From positions 192,001-256,000 of the forward strand of contig CAWDVR010000004.1 in the NCBI GenBank assembly GCA_963805975.1: a stretch of DNA of 64,000 bases. Direction: 5' to 3'. How positions within the stretch are numbered: position 1 is the stretch's first letter; the number at the start of each line of letters is the position of its first letter. The notes beneath the pieces were generated by a model. The model saw only the letters and a list, made by a program, of their open reading frames with translations. It had not been told where the DNA came from and searched no databases. Source of the stretch: an uncultured Acidobacteriota bacterium. Lineage in GTDB: Bacteria; Acidobacteriota; Thermoanaerobaculia; Multivoradales; SZUA-115. Position numbers and translations under genes: made by a program. This document shows, one piece after another, positions 62,657-64,000 of this stretch.

Positions 62657-64000
62657 GCGCTGGGGGGAGGTCGACGCCCTCTTCGCCGCCGCCCTCGAGC
62701 GCCCGCCCCAGGACCGACCCGCCTTCCTCGACGCCGCCTGCGGCCAGGGTGAGCTGCGGCGCTCGGTCGATCGCCTGCTGGCGGCCGACGACCGGGCAGG
62801 CAGCTTCCTCGAGCGCCCGCCAGCCGCCGATCTCGCTCGGGTCGAGGCCGGGGAGGAACCCGCTGCCGGCGGCGTCTTCGGCCCCTACCGGCTCGAAGAG
62901 GTGATCAGCCGGGGCGGCATGGGAACCGTCTACCAGGCGATCCGCGACGACGGCCAGTTCGAGCGCCGCGTCGCCCTGAAGCTCCTGCACGGCGGCTGGC
63001 GCCATCCCGAGATCCGGCAGCGGTTCCTCTCCGAGCGCCAGATCCTGGCCCGCCTGGAGCACGCCAACATCGCCCGCCTCTACGACGGCGGCGAGTCGGA
63101 GAGCGGCGTGCCCTACCTGGTGATGGAGCTGGTCGAAGGCCTGCCCATCGACGAGTACTGCGACCGCCACCGGCTGACCATCGAAGAGCGCCTGCGCCTC
63201 TTCCGGCGGCTCTCCGACGCCGTCTCGCACGCTCATCAGAACCTGCTCGTGCACCGGGACATCAAGCCCGCCAACGTGCTGGTCGGCGCCGACGGCCAAC
63301 CCAAGCTGCTCGACTTCGGGATCGCCAAGCAGCTCGAGGGTGGCGTCCTCGCGCCGCGCAACCAGACCCGGCCCAGCCTGCGGCCCATGACTCCCGGCTA
63401 CGCGAGCCCCGAGCAGGTGCGAGGGGACGCCATCACCACCGCGAGCGACGTCTATTCGTTGGGCGTGCTGCTCTACGAGCTGCTCTGCGGGCGGAGCCCC
63501 TACCGCTTGGAGACCGAGCTGCCGCACGAGCTCGAGACCGCCATCCTCACCCAGGAGCCGGAGAGGCCCAGCCAGGCCCTGGCGCGCCCGGGCGCCGGGA
63601 GCGCCGGCCAACCGCCGGCGGACGAGATCGCCGCCGCCCGGCGCGGCAGCCGGCGGGAGCTGGCGCGCCGCCTGGCCGGTGACCTCGACACCATCGTGGG
63701 CAAGGCGCTGCGCAAGGACCCGGCACGCCGCTACAGCTCGGTGGCGGAGCTCGATGCCGACCTCGAGCGCCATCTCAAGGCGTTGCCGGTGGCGGCCAGG
63801 CCCGACACCCTCCGCTATCGCAGCGCCAAGTTCGTGCGCCGGCACCGGCTCGGAGTGGGGGTCGCGGCGTTGACCGCGGTCCTCATCGCCGGCTTGGTGG
63901 TGAGCCTCTTCCGCCAGCGCGGCACCGCTCTGCGCGAGCGGGACCGCGCCGAGCTGGCGCTCAACTTCCTGATCGACACCTTCCGCGAGGCCAACCCCTA
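62646..64000 (+). CDS. Membrane Ser/Thr protein kinase (3' end outside window)
   Basis: 'RGGMGTVY', 'VALK', 'HRDIKPAN', 'DFGIAK', 'YASPEQ', 'SDVYSLG', TM near 63850; overlaps ECF stop. Confidence 0.92.
   Translation, partial: MEPERWGEVDALFAAALERPPQDRPAFLDAACGQGELRRSVDRLLAADDRAGSFLERPPAADLARVEAGEEPAAGGVFGPYRLEEVISRGGMGTVYQAIRDDGQFERRVALKLLHGGWRHPEIRQRFLSERQILARLEHANIARLYDGGESESGVPYLVMELVEGLPIDEYCDRHRLTIEERLRLFRRLSDAVSHAHQNLLVHRDIKPANVLVGADGQPKLLDFGIAKQLEGGVLAPRNQTRPSLRPMTPGYASPEQVRGDAITTASDVYSLGVLLYELLCGRSPYRLETELPHELETAILTQEPERPSQALARPGAGSAGQPPADEIAAARRGSRRELARRLAGDLDTIVGKALRKDPARRYSSVAELDADLERHLKALPVAARPDTLRYRSAKFVRRHRLGVGVAALTAVLIAGLVVSLFRQRGTALRERDRAELALNFLIDTFREANP

Noticed and set aside
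1-64000. CRISPR array, tRNA/rRNA, prophage, integron or IS element
   Set aside because: No regularly spaced repeats, cloverleaf-like segments, or integrase, transposase or phage structural genes recognised by eye.

Overview
High-GC (roughly 70% by eye), gene-dense bacterial chromosome segment. It is most likely Acidobacteriota, class Thermoanaerobaculia. This is inferred from an acidobacterial-type VWA protein, a duplicated 'FWFF..N.ELVVK.LDG..NG.FWFFYGALSDVEY' domain and an ECF/Ser-Thr kinase pair. About 55 CDS; no rRNA, tRNA, CRISPR array, integrase or transposase seen. Main blocks: (i) TldD/PmbA, Phd-VapC, Tat dipeptidase, Kazal lipoprotein, and an uncharacterised two-gene exported pair whose larger member has a Cys-His-Asp triad; (ii) pyrF and ychF (ychF has a +1 frameshift); (iii) a type IV pilus locus with a sigma54 activator, pilY1, pilX/W/V, fimT, sensor kinase, pilD and two paralogous pilins, each directly downstream of an M20 peptidase gene, plus clear sigma54 promoters; (iv) a surface-glycosylation block (GT-C enzymes, GT2, DegT, sulfatase-fold proteins); (v) VWA protein, second VapBC, PLP decarboxylase, dsbA-like, holB, tmk, hicAB, GH25; (vi) a translationally coupled three-gene operon of unknown product: glutaminase-less asparagine-synthetase-like ligase, RaSEA-like radical SAM enzyme and PrnC-like flavin halogenase (best candidate for a new pathway); (vii) pntAB, an ELWxxDGT remnant, moeA, DUF4388, FmdB, M10 protease, sulfatase-fold protein, beta-propeller, ECF sigma factor and kinase. 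All family calls are from motif recognition only; no database searches were run.
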